Positions 52,304 to 60,364 of a stretch of DNA of 64,000 bases are shown one piece after another. The first letter of the stretch is position 1. Each line of letters starts with the position of its first letter. The position numbers and the translations under genes are program-made. The DNA lies in the NCBI GenBank assembly GCA_052168235.1, contig JBQLZK010000017.1:44515-108514 (forward strand). Direction: 5' to 3'. The notes beneath the pieces are model-generated. The model did no database searches, was not told where the DNA came from, and was given only the letters and a program-made list of their open reading frames with translations. Source of the stretch: Thainema sp. (lineage in GTDB: Bacteria > Cyanobacteriota > Cyanobacteriia > Phormidesmidales > Phormidesmidaceae).

Positions 52304-54910
52304 CTAACGCTGCACGAGGATGATCAGGATGAACACTGTAACAGCAATGGCAACGTAGGGAAGCCATTGGGCTTGGCTTTGACTGGAACTGGACGTTGAG
52401 GGCTGCACAGTGGGCATCGATTTTTGCAGCCAGTCCTCTTCAGCCTGATTTGCTTCTTCATCTCCAATCGATGGGGCAACTGGAAGCTGCATGACAAGGG
52501 TCTGATTAAGATCGTAAATCGCTTGTTCACATTGCTTTACGCGATAATCGAGTTCTAATTCCTCAAAAATTGCCTTTGCCGCCTCATAACTCTGCTTTGC
52601 AGTCAAAGGTTCACCAACCTTGGTATAAGCAAACGCTTGATTGAAGAAATTAATCGCTTCGCCGTTGCGGTCGCCAATCACCTGATCAATTTTGAGGGAT
52701 TGCTCATAAAGCTCAATTGCTTTGCCATATTGGTTTAATGAACGGTAGACACTGCCGAGATTGCCGAGCTGATTAGCTTCACCGTGACGATCGCCAATCG
52801 CCTGATTAATGGTGAGGGATTGCTGATACAGCTCAATTGCCTTCTCATATTGGCCCAAGAAATAATAGGCATTAGCAAGATTGCCGAAATTATACGCTTC
52901 ACCGCGACGATCACCAATTGCCTGATTAATGGTGAGGGATTGCTGATACAGCTCAATCGCTTTCTCATATTGGCTTAATGAATTGTATATATTGCCCAGA
53001 TTACAGAGAGTGGCCGCTTCACCGTGACGATCGCCAACCGCCTGATTAATGATGAGGGATTGCTGATATAGCTCAATCGCTTTCTCATATAAACATTTTA
53101 AATCGTAAGCAAGGCCGAGATTGCTGAGAGTAGCTGCTGCATATCTGAAATAGCCAAGCTCCTGCTGAATCTTGAGGGATTGCTGATACAGCTCAATCGC
53201 TTTCTCATATTGGCCTAATGAACGGTAGGCACTACCGAGATTGCCGAGAGCAACCGCTTCGCATTCGCGGTCTCCAATCTCCTGTTTGATGGTGAGGGAT
53301 TGCTGATACAGCTCAATCGCTTTCTCATATTGGCCTTTTGAATAGTAGGCACTACCGAGATTGCCGAGATTATTAGCTTCGCCGTGGCGATCGCCAATCT
53401 CCTGAGTAATTTTGAGGGATTGCTGATACAGCTCAATCGCTTTCTCATATTGGCTTAATGAACGGTAGGCTATGCCGAGATTACATAGAACAGCAGAAAA
53501 CTTCTTTTGTTCTTCCTCTGTTGTCGGGAGATGATTTCTCCAAGCTGTTGTTAGCCTTTCATAAATACTCACCAAAATATGATAGTAGCCCCATAAATCA
53601 AGCCAGCTATAGCAATCAGAAATCACAGCATAAGCAGCCTTGTAGTTGCTTAACTCACAGTAATGATGAAATGCTGCCAGATAGCCATCCAATAAGTTCT
53701 CGATATCATCTTGTTCCAGTTTTGCCAGTTCTAAAGGTAAACAAGATGTAAAAAACTCAACCGCTTTTCGATGTGCTTCAAACTCCAACTGCCGCTCTCG
53801 CAACGTTTCCTCAGCAAACTGCCGCATCAGCGGATGCAGCGTCCAGTACTCTTCTCGCTTCAGCAAAAAGCCCCGCGTTTCCAATAGCTCTAGGTCAGCT
53901 TCCGTCATCTCCGCCTGCATCGCCTGTGCCCGTTCCACATCAAACGGATTCTGATAAACCGAAACCTCCAGCAGTGCCGTTTGCAACCTCTCCGGCAACT
54001 GCCGCAACAAAAGCTGAAAAATCTCCTCAACCTTCGCTTCTGGATCACCCAAATTGTTCTGAAACAGCCGCTCAAAAAAGCTCAGTCCCGTTTCATTAAG
54101 CCGTCCTACTGCCGTCTCCTTCAGCCAACTCGCCGCCAAATTTAGTAGCAGCGGATGCCCCTCCGCCAACGTTGAGAGCTGTTCTAAATTGACCTCTTCC
54201 GATGCAGAAATCTTCTGCTTCTGCAAAAACGCTGCTCCTTCCTGCGGTGTAAAACCAGGCAAAACGTAACGCACCGAGTCCTGACCCACAAACCGATTCC
54301 GCGTCGTCACCAGAATCGTACTCTTGCGTCCCCGCTGCTGCCACTGCTCCAAAAACGCCTCAAACGATGGCCGATCCGCCGACTGCTCAATCTCCTCAAG
54401 CTGATCCATCACCAGCAGACAGCGGCGTTCACTCAGCCGATAAATTGTCTGCGTAATCAAATATTCATCCGGAATCGACTCATCCTGAATTAGAAAACCA
54501 ATCTCTTGCAGCACCCACAGCCCAAACGCATTAAACGATGGCTGCTTTTGAAAATTAACCCATAGTGCTTGGTCAAACTGCGATTGAGCCGTTTCATATA
54601 CCCAACCCGCCAACAGCGACTTGCCAAAACCGCCATCGGCCACAACTTCAGTCAGCAACACGCGACCCGACTGAATCCGCTCGATCAAATCAGCTTGTGG
54701 CTGCGTCCGATCAATCCACGTTTCCGCCACTCGCCTGGGTGGAATTGGATCAATTTCCGTAATCAGCACACTCCGCTGCGACTCAATGCGATCGCCAAAA
54801 TTGACCGTATTCGCATTGAATTCACCAAAATTATTCACCCGCGACTGATCACGAGCATCTGTATTGAAGCTAGAAAAATCAGGCTTTGGCGTCTCTTCTG
54901 GCTCCGTCAT
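52304..54910 (-). CDS. NLR-like STAND NTPase (NB-ARC-like) with TPR repeats, N-terminal putative amyloid motif and C-terminal TM tail
   Basis: Walker A DGGFGKS, Walker B LLVMDQLE, ILVTTR, GHPLLL, LHPLMR; 7-8 TPRs of 40 aa. Confidence 0.9.
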   Translation of the reverse strand: MTEPEETPKPDFSSFNTDARDQSRVNNFGEFNANTVNFGDRIESQRSVLITEIDPIPPRRVAETWIDRTQPQADLIERIQSGRVLLTEVVADGGFGKSLLAGWVYETAQSQFDQALWVNFQKQPSFNAFGLWVLQEIGFLIQDESIPDEYLITQTIYRLSERRCLLVMDQLEEIEQSADRPSFEAFLEQWQQRGRKSTILVTTRNRFVGQDSVRYVLPGFTPQEGAAFLQKQKISASEEVNLEQLSTLAEGHPLLLNLAASWLKETAVGRLNETGLSFFERLFQNNLGDPEAKVEEIFQLLLRQLPERLQTALLEVSVYQNPFDVERAQAMQAEMTEADLELLETRGFLLKREEYWTLHPLMRQFAEETLRERQLEFEAHRKAVEFFTSCLPLELAKLEQDDIENLLDGYLAAFHHYCELSNYKAAYAVISDCYSWLDLWGYYHILVSIYERLTTAWRNHLPTTEEEQKKFSAVLCNLGIAYRSLSQYEKAIELYQQSLKITQEIGDRHGEANNLGNLGSAYYSKGQYEKAIELYQQSLTIKQEIGDRECEAVALGNLGSAYRSLGQYEKAIELYQQSLKIQQELGYFRYAAATLSNLGLAYDLKCLYEKAIELYQQSLIINQAVGDRHGEAATLCNLGNIYNSLSQYEKAIELYQQSLTINQAIGDRRGEAYNFGNLANAYYFLGQYEKAIELYQQSLTINQAIGDRHGEANQLGNLGSVYRSLNQYGKAIELYEQSLKIDQVIGDRNGEAINFFNQAFAYTKVGEPLTAKQSYEAAKAIFEELELDYRVKQCEQAIYDLNQTLVMQLPVAPSIGDEEANQAEEDWLQKSMPTVQPSTSSSSQSQAQWLPYVAIAVTVFILIILVQR
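52650..53490 (-). repeat. Tandem 120-nt TPR-coding repeats
   Basis: Core GAGGGATTGCTGATACAGCTCAATCGCTTTCTCATAT recurs every 120 nt, about 7 times. Confidence 0.9.
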
Positions 54911-55359
54911 GGTCGCTTGTCACCAAAATCAACTGTATTCGCATTGAATTCGCCAAAGTTATTCACCCGCGACTGATCGCGAGCAGTCGTATTAAAGGTG
55001 TTCCGTGTTTGAATCTGATTTTGCTGACCAATATTAATAATCTGCTGCGCCATCTGCCGCACATCCTCAGCAAACTGCTGATTCGCCGGATCGCTCAGCT
55101 CATCATCCAGATAAACCTCCAGCTTCGTCAGCGCCGCCGCCGATTGCTCCTGCTCAATCTGAGCAATTGCCGCTTCTGCCCGCTTATTCCCAGAAAAATG
55201 CTGCTTAATCCGTGTCCACAGCGCCTCAATTTGGCTGCCTGCCTTGTTCAACACCGCTGGCGTCGCAATTTCCGCTGCCTTGTTTGCCGCTGCCTCAATA
55301 AACTTACTCGCCGCCAAAGCCGCAATTCCCGCCGCCGTCAACGTTACTGGATCAGTCAT
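54907..55359 (-). CDS. Bell/HeLo-like helical effector with C-terminal putative amyloid motif
   Basis: MTDPVTLTAAGIAALAA hydrophobic N-terminal helix; C-terminal motif duplicated at the NLR N-terminus; ATGA overlap with the NLR gene. Confidence 0.8.
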   Translation of the reverse strand: MTDPVTLTAAGIAALAASKFIEAAANKAAEIATPAVLNKAGSQIEALWTRIKQHFSGNKRAEAAIAQIEQEQSAAALTKLEVYLDDELSDPANQQFAEDVRQMAQQIINIGQQNQIQTRNTFNTTARDQSRVNNFGEFNANTVDFGDKRP

Positions 55360-55451
55360 GGTTCTACACTCGGATGATAGCCAGGTCTATTCATCCCAAT
55401 TCTGGCCAGAATTTCTCTCACTGTCGAGAATCGATAAAGATTGGCTACAGT

Positions 55452-55517
55452 AAAAACTGGGTTTCTTGGCTCAGATATTCAGTCTTGCTGAACACCCCTG
55501 ACAGAAACCCAGTTTCT
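55452..55517. repeat. Pair of AGAAACCC/GGGTTTCT-type palindromic repeats
   Basis: AAAAACTGGGTTTCT ... AGAAACCCAGTTTCT inverted pair. Confidence 0.6.
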
Positions 55518-55541
55518 CAACCTTCTACCTATTCCGTTTCT

Positions 55542-56711
55542 TTACTGGCCTTTCCACTGTTTGACTAATGGATCAGCGTCAATTGCTTTTTTGATTTCAG
55601 TTTGTCGGCGATTTTGGTCGTGGGTAATCCCATCCAGCGTGTTGCCTAAGCCAGGGGCATTCCACTGTCCCGTATCAGGATTAATAAACGATCGAACCCT
55701 AGCCCACAGAATCGCTTCTGACCCCAGCAGCCCCATTTGGTAGGCTTGCGCTAAGCGGTCAATGTACCCTTCACGGCCTAGTGCGGCTAAAGGAGCCTGA
55801 TTGGCCAGATCAATCCCGTTGAGTTCCTCTTCTAGGTCGAGCTGTATTTGGTAGGTTGCCGCTTTTTGCCGCAGTTCAATGGCCTGATTCTTGAGCCGAT
55901 TCAACTGCTTACGATCGGCTTCATCCGGAGAACTGGCACCGTGCTGATAGGAAAAGCTGCCCATATTCCAAACGCCATTGCCGGGGTCAGTATGTCCGTG
56001 GTAAGCGGGATTGTAACCACCATCCGGTCGGCGAGTGCCCTCCGCGCTGCCAACGCTGCGAGCCACCAGAGACTCCGAACCTCCTTCAAATAGAGAATCT
56101 AAATTTTGATAGGGACGAGCGGAGAGATTCGGAGCGCTGAATGTTGTACTCGGTTCAGACTGGGGTGGTTTGGGTTGAGCCGGGGCAGAGGGTTTTGGGC
56201 TGGGACTCGATGATGCGACTGGCGGCGATGCTGGCGGCGAAGACGATGACTGCGACTCTGTATCTTGAAAAAGCGCTTGAAACTGAGGATTTTGCCGAAC
56301 TTCTGCCGGTGTGAGCGCGACTTTTGACTCAGACGGAGCGGCTTGTGATGAGGTATCAACATCAAATCCAACTGAGCCAGAAGACTCGGTTGAGCGAGAG
56401 GGATCTGAATCTAACCGCGATCGCACTTCGTCCTGCTGTTCTTCACGGCTCAAATCCGATGAGGCCAATAGCTGCTCGGCTCCGGGGGGAACGGGGGGAA
56501 GTACATTAGCCGCGCTATCAGAAACCGCAGGCTGCAAGGGTGCGGCGGCAGAGGGTGCTGCTGCCGTAGCGGAAAAGTTGGGCAGTGAGTCAACCTGATC
56601 AGCAGGTTGTTCTAAATCAAACGTGAGGGCATAGTCGGCAGCATGGGCAACAGTTGGACTGCTAGTTGCGATCGCAAGTACGCCAATTGAAATCCAGGTG
56701 GTTTGAGTCAT
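55542..56711 (-). CDS. Secreted protein with low-complexity linker and conserved-looking C-terminal domain
   Basis: Signal peptide ending AHA; S/P-rich linker; AEGTRRPDGG..GHTDPGNG..NMGSFSYQHG. Confidence 0.75.
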   Translation of the reverse strand: MTQTTWISIGVLAIATSSPTVAHAADYALTFDLEQPADQVDSLPNFSATAAAPSAAAPLQPAVSDSAANVLPPVPPGAEQLLASSDLSREEQQDEVRSRLDSDPSRSTESSGSVGFDVDTSSQAAPSESKVALTPAEVRQNPQFQALFQDTESQSSSSPPASPPVASSSPSPKPSAPAQPKPPQSEPSTTFSAPNLSARPYQNLDSLFEGGSESLVARSVGSAEGTRRPDGGYNPAYHGHTDPGNGVWNMGSFSYQHGASSPDEADRKQLNRLKNQAIELRQKAATYQIQLDLEEELNGIDLANQAPLAALGREGYIDRLAQAYQMGLLGSEAILWARVRSFINPDTGQWNAPGLGNTLDGITHDQNRRQTEIKKAIDADPLVKQWKGQ

Positions 56712-56811
56712 GGCTATTCTGGGAAGCTCTAGGGCTGAGTCAACTTGTGAAGCAACTCTAGTTGACTTAATTAGGATAGTACAATTGAACCAACAATAGA
56801 TCAAGCGTACT

Positions 56812-56849
56812 AAAAAAGAGTCGGAGCAGCACTGCTCCGACTCTTTTTT
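56812..56849 (-). terminator. Intrinsic terminator of chlI (bidirectional form)
   Basis: AAAAAAGAGTCGGAGCAG / CTGCTCCGACTCTTTTTT. Confidence 0.8.
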
Positions 56850-56883
56850 GTTTGATTGTTAACTGTATTTATCTCAACTGTAT

Positions 56884-57978
56884 TTAGCGAACTCCAGCAC
56901 CGTTGGCCATTGCCATGTCTTCCTCAGCGGGTAGTCCAAATACCTCACGGAAGACTTTGTCTACTTTATAGCCAGAATCGATGGATTCTAGCGGGTCTTT
57001 GCGGAGACGGTGGCGCAGGGAGAGGCCGATCACGCGGCGGATGTCATCTACGGTGACTTCGGCGCGACCTTCAAAAGCTGCGATCGCTTTTGCGGCTCGG
57101 TTAGTGACAATGTCGCCTCGTAAACCATCTACGTCGAGTTCAGAGCAGACTTGAGAAATCTTTACCCGCAGCTCGTGGTCAATATTGACCGACTTGAGCC
57201 GATTTTGAGCATCTACGATCTGCTGCTGAAGTTCAATTTGCTGCGGCTGATGCTTTTCGAGATAGCTTTGCGGATCTTGGTCGAACTCAGACCGCTCTTC
57301 TACGATTTGCACCCGCAGAGTGGGGTCTTTTACCGTGCGAATTTCAGCGTGCATTCCGAAGCGGTCGAGCAACTGAGGTCGCAGTTCACCTTCTTCGGGG
57401 TTACCGGAACCAACCAGGACGAAGCGGGCGGGGTGACGGATAGAAATACCCTCCCGCTCAACCGTGTTCCAACCAGACGCCGCAGAGTCAAGCAGCACGT
57501 CAACCAGGTGATCATCGAGCAGGTTGACCTCGTCTACATAGAGAATGCCGCGATTGGCTTTGGCGAGCAGACCCGGTTCAAAGGCTTTCACACCCTCGGC
57601 CAGCGCCTTTTCGATGTCAATGGTGCCGCAGACGCGGTCTTCCGTCGCGCCCAAGGGCAGATCAACCATCGGCACTTTCTTCTTTGCGATCGCAACACTG
57701 TTCGGATCAACATCACCCAGCTGATCGGGATCATGCGGGTCGCTGTTAAACGGATCGTCAGCAATCACGTCGATCTCAGGTAGCAAATCAGCTAGGGCGC
57801 GAATGGTGGTGGATTTGCCCGTGCCGCGATCGCCCATGATCATCACACCGCCGATTTTGGGATCGATTACGTTCAAAATCAGGGCCAGCTTCATTTCTTC
57901 CTGACCAATGACGGCGGTGAAGGGAAAGACCGCGCGGCGAGCTTTTTTTGTCGGGGTGGCTTCGGCAGTAGAACTCAC
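56884..57978 (-). CDS. chlI: Magnesium chelatase ATPase subunit I
   Basis: [51 protein letters not shown]. Confidence 0.97.
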   Translation of the reverse strand: MSSTAEATPTKKARRAVFPFTAVIGQEEMKLALILNVIDPKIGGVMIMGDRGTGKSTTIRALADLLPEIDVIADDPFNSDPHDPDQLGDVDPNSVAIAKKKVPMVDLPLGATEDRVCGTIDIEKALAEGVKAFEPGLLAKANRGILYVDEVNLLDDHLVDVLLDSAASGWNTVEREGISIRHPARFVLVGSGNPEEGELRPQLLDRFGMHAEIRTVKDPTLRVQIVEERSEFDQDPQSYLEKHQPQQIELQQQIVDAQNRLKSVNIDHELRVKISQVCSELDVDGLRGDIVTNRAAKAIAAFEGRAEVTVDDIRRVIGLSLRHRLRKDPLESIDSGYKVDKVFREVFGLPAEEDMAMANGAGVR

Positions 57979-58099
57979 GAGCGATACCTAAATCTTTATA
58001 CAAATTTTGTCACAGAGTTTCATTGTGCCATATTGCGCAGCCTGTACCAAGACAGTGTTTTGATTAGCCGTACTGAGTGGAGGGATGAAGCCTGAAAAG

Positions 58100-58154
58100 T
58101 TTTGAATGTTGAGTTTTGAATTAAGGAAGTCAATTCAAAACTCAACATTCAAAA
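58100..58154. repeat. Heptamer-based (TTTTGAR) inverted-repeat hairpin; related tract at 33001-33050
   Basis: TTTTGAATGTTGAGTTTTGAATT / AATTCAAAACTCAACATTCAAAA. Confidence 0.7.
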
Positions 58155-58233
58155 TTAAAAACTCAACCTTTACAGCCTTTACAACCTTTACAGCCCTTAT
58201 TCTTCTTAAACTCCAGCACCAGACAATTTATTT

Positions 58234-59145
58234 CTATATCAATAGAGCTTTCACACTAGCTCGATCGGGCATCGATGGTTGAGCACCAGGCTGAGTTACA
58301 GCAAGCGCAGCGGCGGCATTGCCCCAGCGGACAGCTTCCGCCAGCGAGTGGTTTTCACAGAGGGCAACAACGAGTCCGGCGTTGAAGGCATCGCCTGCGG
58401 CGACGGTATCGACCACTTCAACATCAAAGGCTGGACTGTGAAATGTCTCATTCTCAGTCACGCAGACTACACCCATTGGGCCGAGTTTAACAATCACGGT
58501 TTTGATACCGCGATCGCACAATTGCTTGCCAGCTTGTTCAGCCGTTTCCAGACTGTCTACCGTGATACCCGTTAATTGAGAAGCTTCGATCTGGTTGGGC
58601 GTCAGGATATCTACTTCGGCCAGCAAATCGTCAGATAAATCGGGATGAACTGGGGCCGGATCGAGGATGACCGGGACATCGGCACGACGGGCCAGATGAG
58701 CAGCCTGTCTCACCGCATCCAGCGGAATTTCGAGCTGCATCATCAGCGCATCGGCAACGGATAGGCGAGATTTCAGCCGATCCAAATCTTCTTCTCCAAC
58801 CTGAATGTTGGCTCCCGGCACGATAATGATATGGTTCTGCCCTGCATCGTCAACGGCAATGACCGCCACACCCGTTTGGCTGGTCACATCTTGCACGACA
58901 TCAGCGCTTTCTACGCCCGCTTGCTGTAAGCTGCCCAGCAGTAATCGGCCAAAGCTATCGTCTCCCACGCGTCCATACATGCGAGCCGTGGCTCCTAGTC
59001 GCGCCACGGCCACGGCCTGATTCGCTCCTTTTCCACCGGGTAAGGTCTTGAAGTTTCGCCCTACAATTGTTTCGCCCTGAATTGGCAGTCGCGGTGTGCG
59101 TGCGACTAAATCCATATTGAGACTGCCAAACACCAGAATCGTCAT
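58234..59145 (-). CDS. rbsK: Ribokinase
   Basis: GSLNMDL, GGKGANQAVA, DPAP, PNQIEA, DTVAAGDAF. Confidence 0.92.
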   Translation of the reverse strand: MTILVFGSLNMDLVARTPRLPIQGETIVGRNFKTLPGGKGANQAVAVARLGATARMYGRVGDDSFGRLLLGSLQQAGVESADVVQDVTSQTGVAVIAVDDAGQNHIIIVPGANIQVGEEDLDRLKSRLSVADALMMQLEIPLDAVRQAAHLARRADVPVILDPAPVHPDLSDDLLAEVDILTPNQIEASQLTGITVDSLETAEQAGKQLCDRGIKTVIVKLGPMGVVCVTENETFHSPAFDVEVVDTVAAGDAFNAGLVVALCENHSLAEAVRWGNAAAALAVTQPGAQPSMPDRASVKALLI

Positions 59146-59197
59146 AGTTGGTAGATAACCCCATCTCCAGAACCAAGCAACCGAAATAAAAGTCAAA

Positions 59198-59473
59198 TTA
59201 GGGATTTTCTAGCCCCAAGTTATCAGCTTCTTCTGAAGTACCGAAGTTAGAAGGAGGGCGATCGCTGCTCCAGGCCCACCAAGCTTTGCCGCATTCACAC
59301 TGATAAAACTCCTGCCACTTACGGCGATGATCAGGGGTATACACCGGGGCGCGACGGTTGATCCAGGCCCGCTGAGCGGTCATTGGGTCAGCGCGACAGG
59401 CCGGACAGCAAAAATCGTTGGCGTGAACGGCTGATTCAGTCCAGTCAGGCGGTGTGGGAGAAAAGGCTTCCAT
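59198..59473 (-). CDS. Small hypothetical Zn-ribbon-like protein
   Basis: CPAC..WINRRAPV..KWQEFYQCECGKAWWAWS. Confidence 0.75.
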   Translation of the reverse strand: MEAFSPTPPDWTESAVHANDFCCPACRADPMTAQRAWINRRAPVYTPDHRRKWQEFYQCECGKAWWAWSSDRPPSNFGTSEEADNLGLENP

Positions 59474-59602
59474 TGAATATGGCTGAAGTGATTAACGGTT
59501 ATGCTTCATTGAAGCAAACCCACGCAGAGAATGAAAGAAAGAATAGGTTTAACGTCGGCGTTTGAGGCGATGCATTGGGTGATCAATCATGATCGGTTTC
59601 GG

Positions 59603-59675
59603 GTAGGGGCGATGCATTTGGTCAGAATGTCGCCATCAAAAAACCTAATGTATTGGCCAAATGCGTCGCCCCTAC
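59603..59675. repeat. REP/BIME-like inverted repeat (GTAG type)
   Basis: GTAGGGGCGATGCATTTGG ... CCAAATGCGTCGCCCCTAC. Confidence 0.75.
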
Positions 59676-59699
59676 AGGATGTATCACACCGTAGATGTA

Positions 59700-60284
59700 T
59701 CACCGTAATAGTTGATCAATTTGGTTTTGCCAATCCGCGATGGTTGAAGCGGAAGATAGCTGGGTAGATTCTGCACCGTTGATTAGAAACGTCGGTGTAG
59801 ACCAGACGCCGCGCTGAATAGCATAGCGAAACGGTTCTTTGGCGCGACTGGCGATTTCGTCTGTGTCGCTGGAGATTTGCTGGAGAAACTGGTTGCGATC
59901 GCAGTTCTCCATAAAATCAGCCGCATAGTTAACTAAGAGCTGATACAAATCTTGCCGGGTTTTATCGTCAAACGCCTCATTGGCAAACTCGCTCTGGTGC
60001 TGATAGAGATAGCTGAAGCAGCGCCAAAACTGGACGGGGTCATCATCTGCCATGATGATTGCGGCTTTGGTCACATCCCAGCTTTGGCGATGGTCACTGA
60101 GAAACGTGGGGTAAAGCGTGACCGAGACCTGCGTGTCAGCGTAGTGATTCACCACATTGAGCAGCGTGGGCCAAGCCTTTTTGGAAAAGGGACATTCAAT
60201 ATCGACAAAGGCTTCAACTTGAACTGGCGCATTGCCAGAACCCAGTCGATAGCCACAGGGACGAGTCGGAACAGGAATAGGCAT
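59700..60284 (-). CDS. DsbA/thioredoxin-fold protein with a single active-site Cys (CPFS)
   Basis: GSGNAPVQVEAFVDIECPFS, GVWSTPTFLING. Confidence 0.85.
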   Translation of the reverse strand: MPIPVPTRPCGYRLGSGNAPVQVEAFVDIECPFSKKAWPTLLNVVNHYADTQVSVTLYPTFLSDHRQSWDVTKAAIIMADDDPVQFWRCFSYLYQHQSEFANEAFDDKTRQDLYQLLVNYAADFMENCDRNQFLQQISSDTDEIASRAKEPFRYAIQRGVWSTPTFLINGAESTQLSSASTIADWQNQIDQLLR

Positions 60285-60364
60285 GACATCTCTATCGATT
60301 GACGACGGTTTTAATCATGTCGGAGGATTTCTCGCTTAACCCCTATAAACCGAGTGATTGTTGC

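Noticed and set aside
52650..53490. TPR repeats as a CRISPR array or DGR template/variable repeats
   Set aside because: In-frame 120-nt coding units without unique spacers; no cas or RT gene nearby; no non-coding template copy seen
54791..54996. 78-nt duplication as an assembly artefact or frameshifted single gene
   Set aside because: Copies differ at 12 positions, mostly synonymous, and the two ORFs have a clean ATGA stop/start overlap
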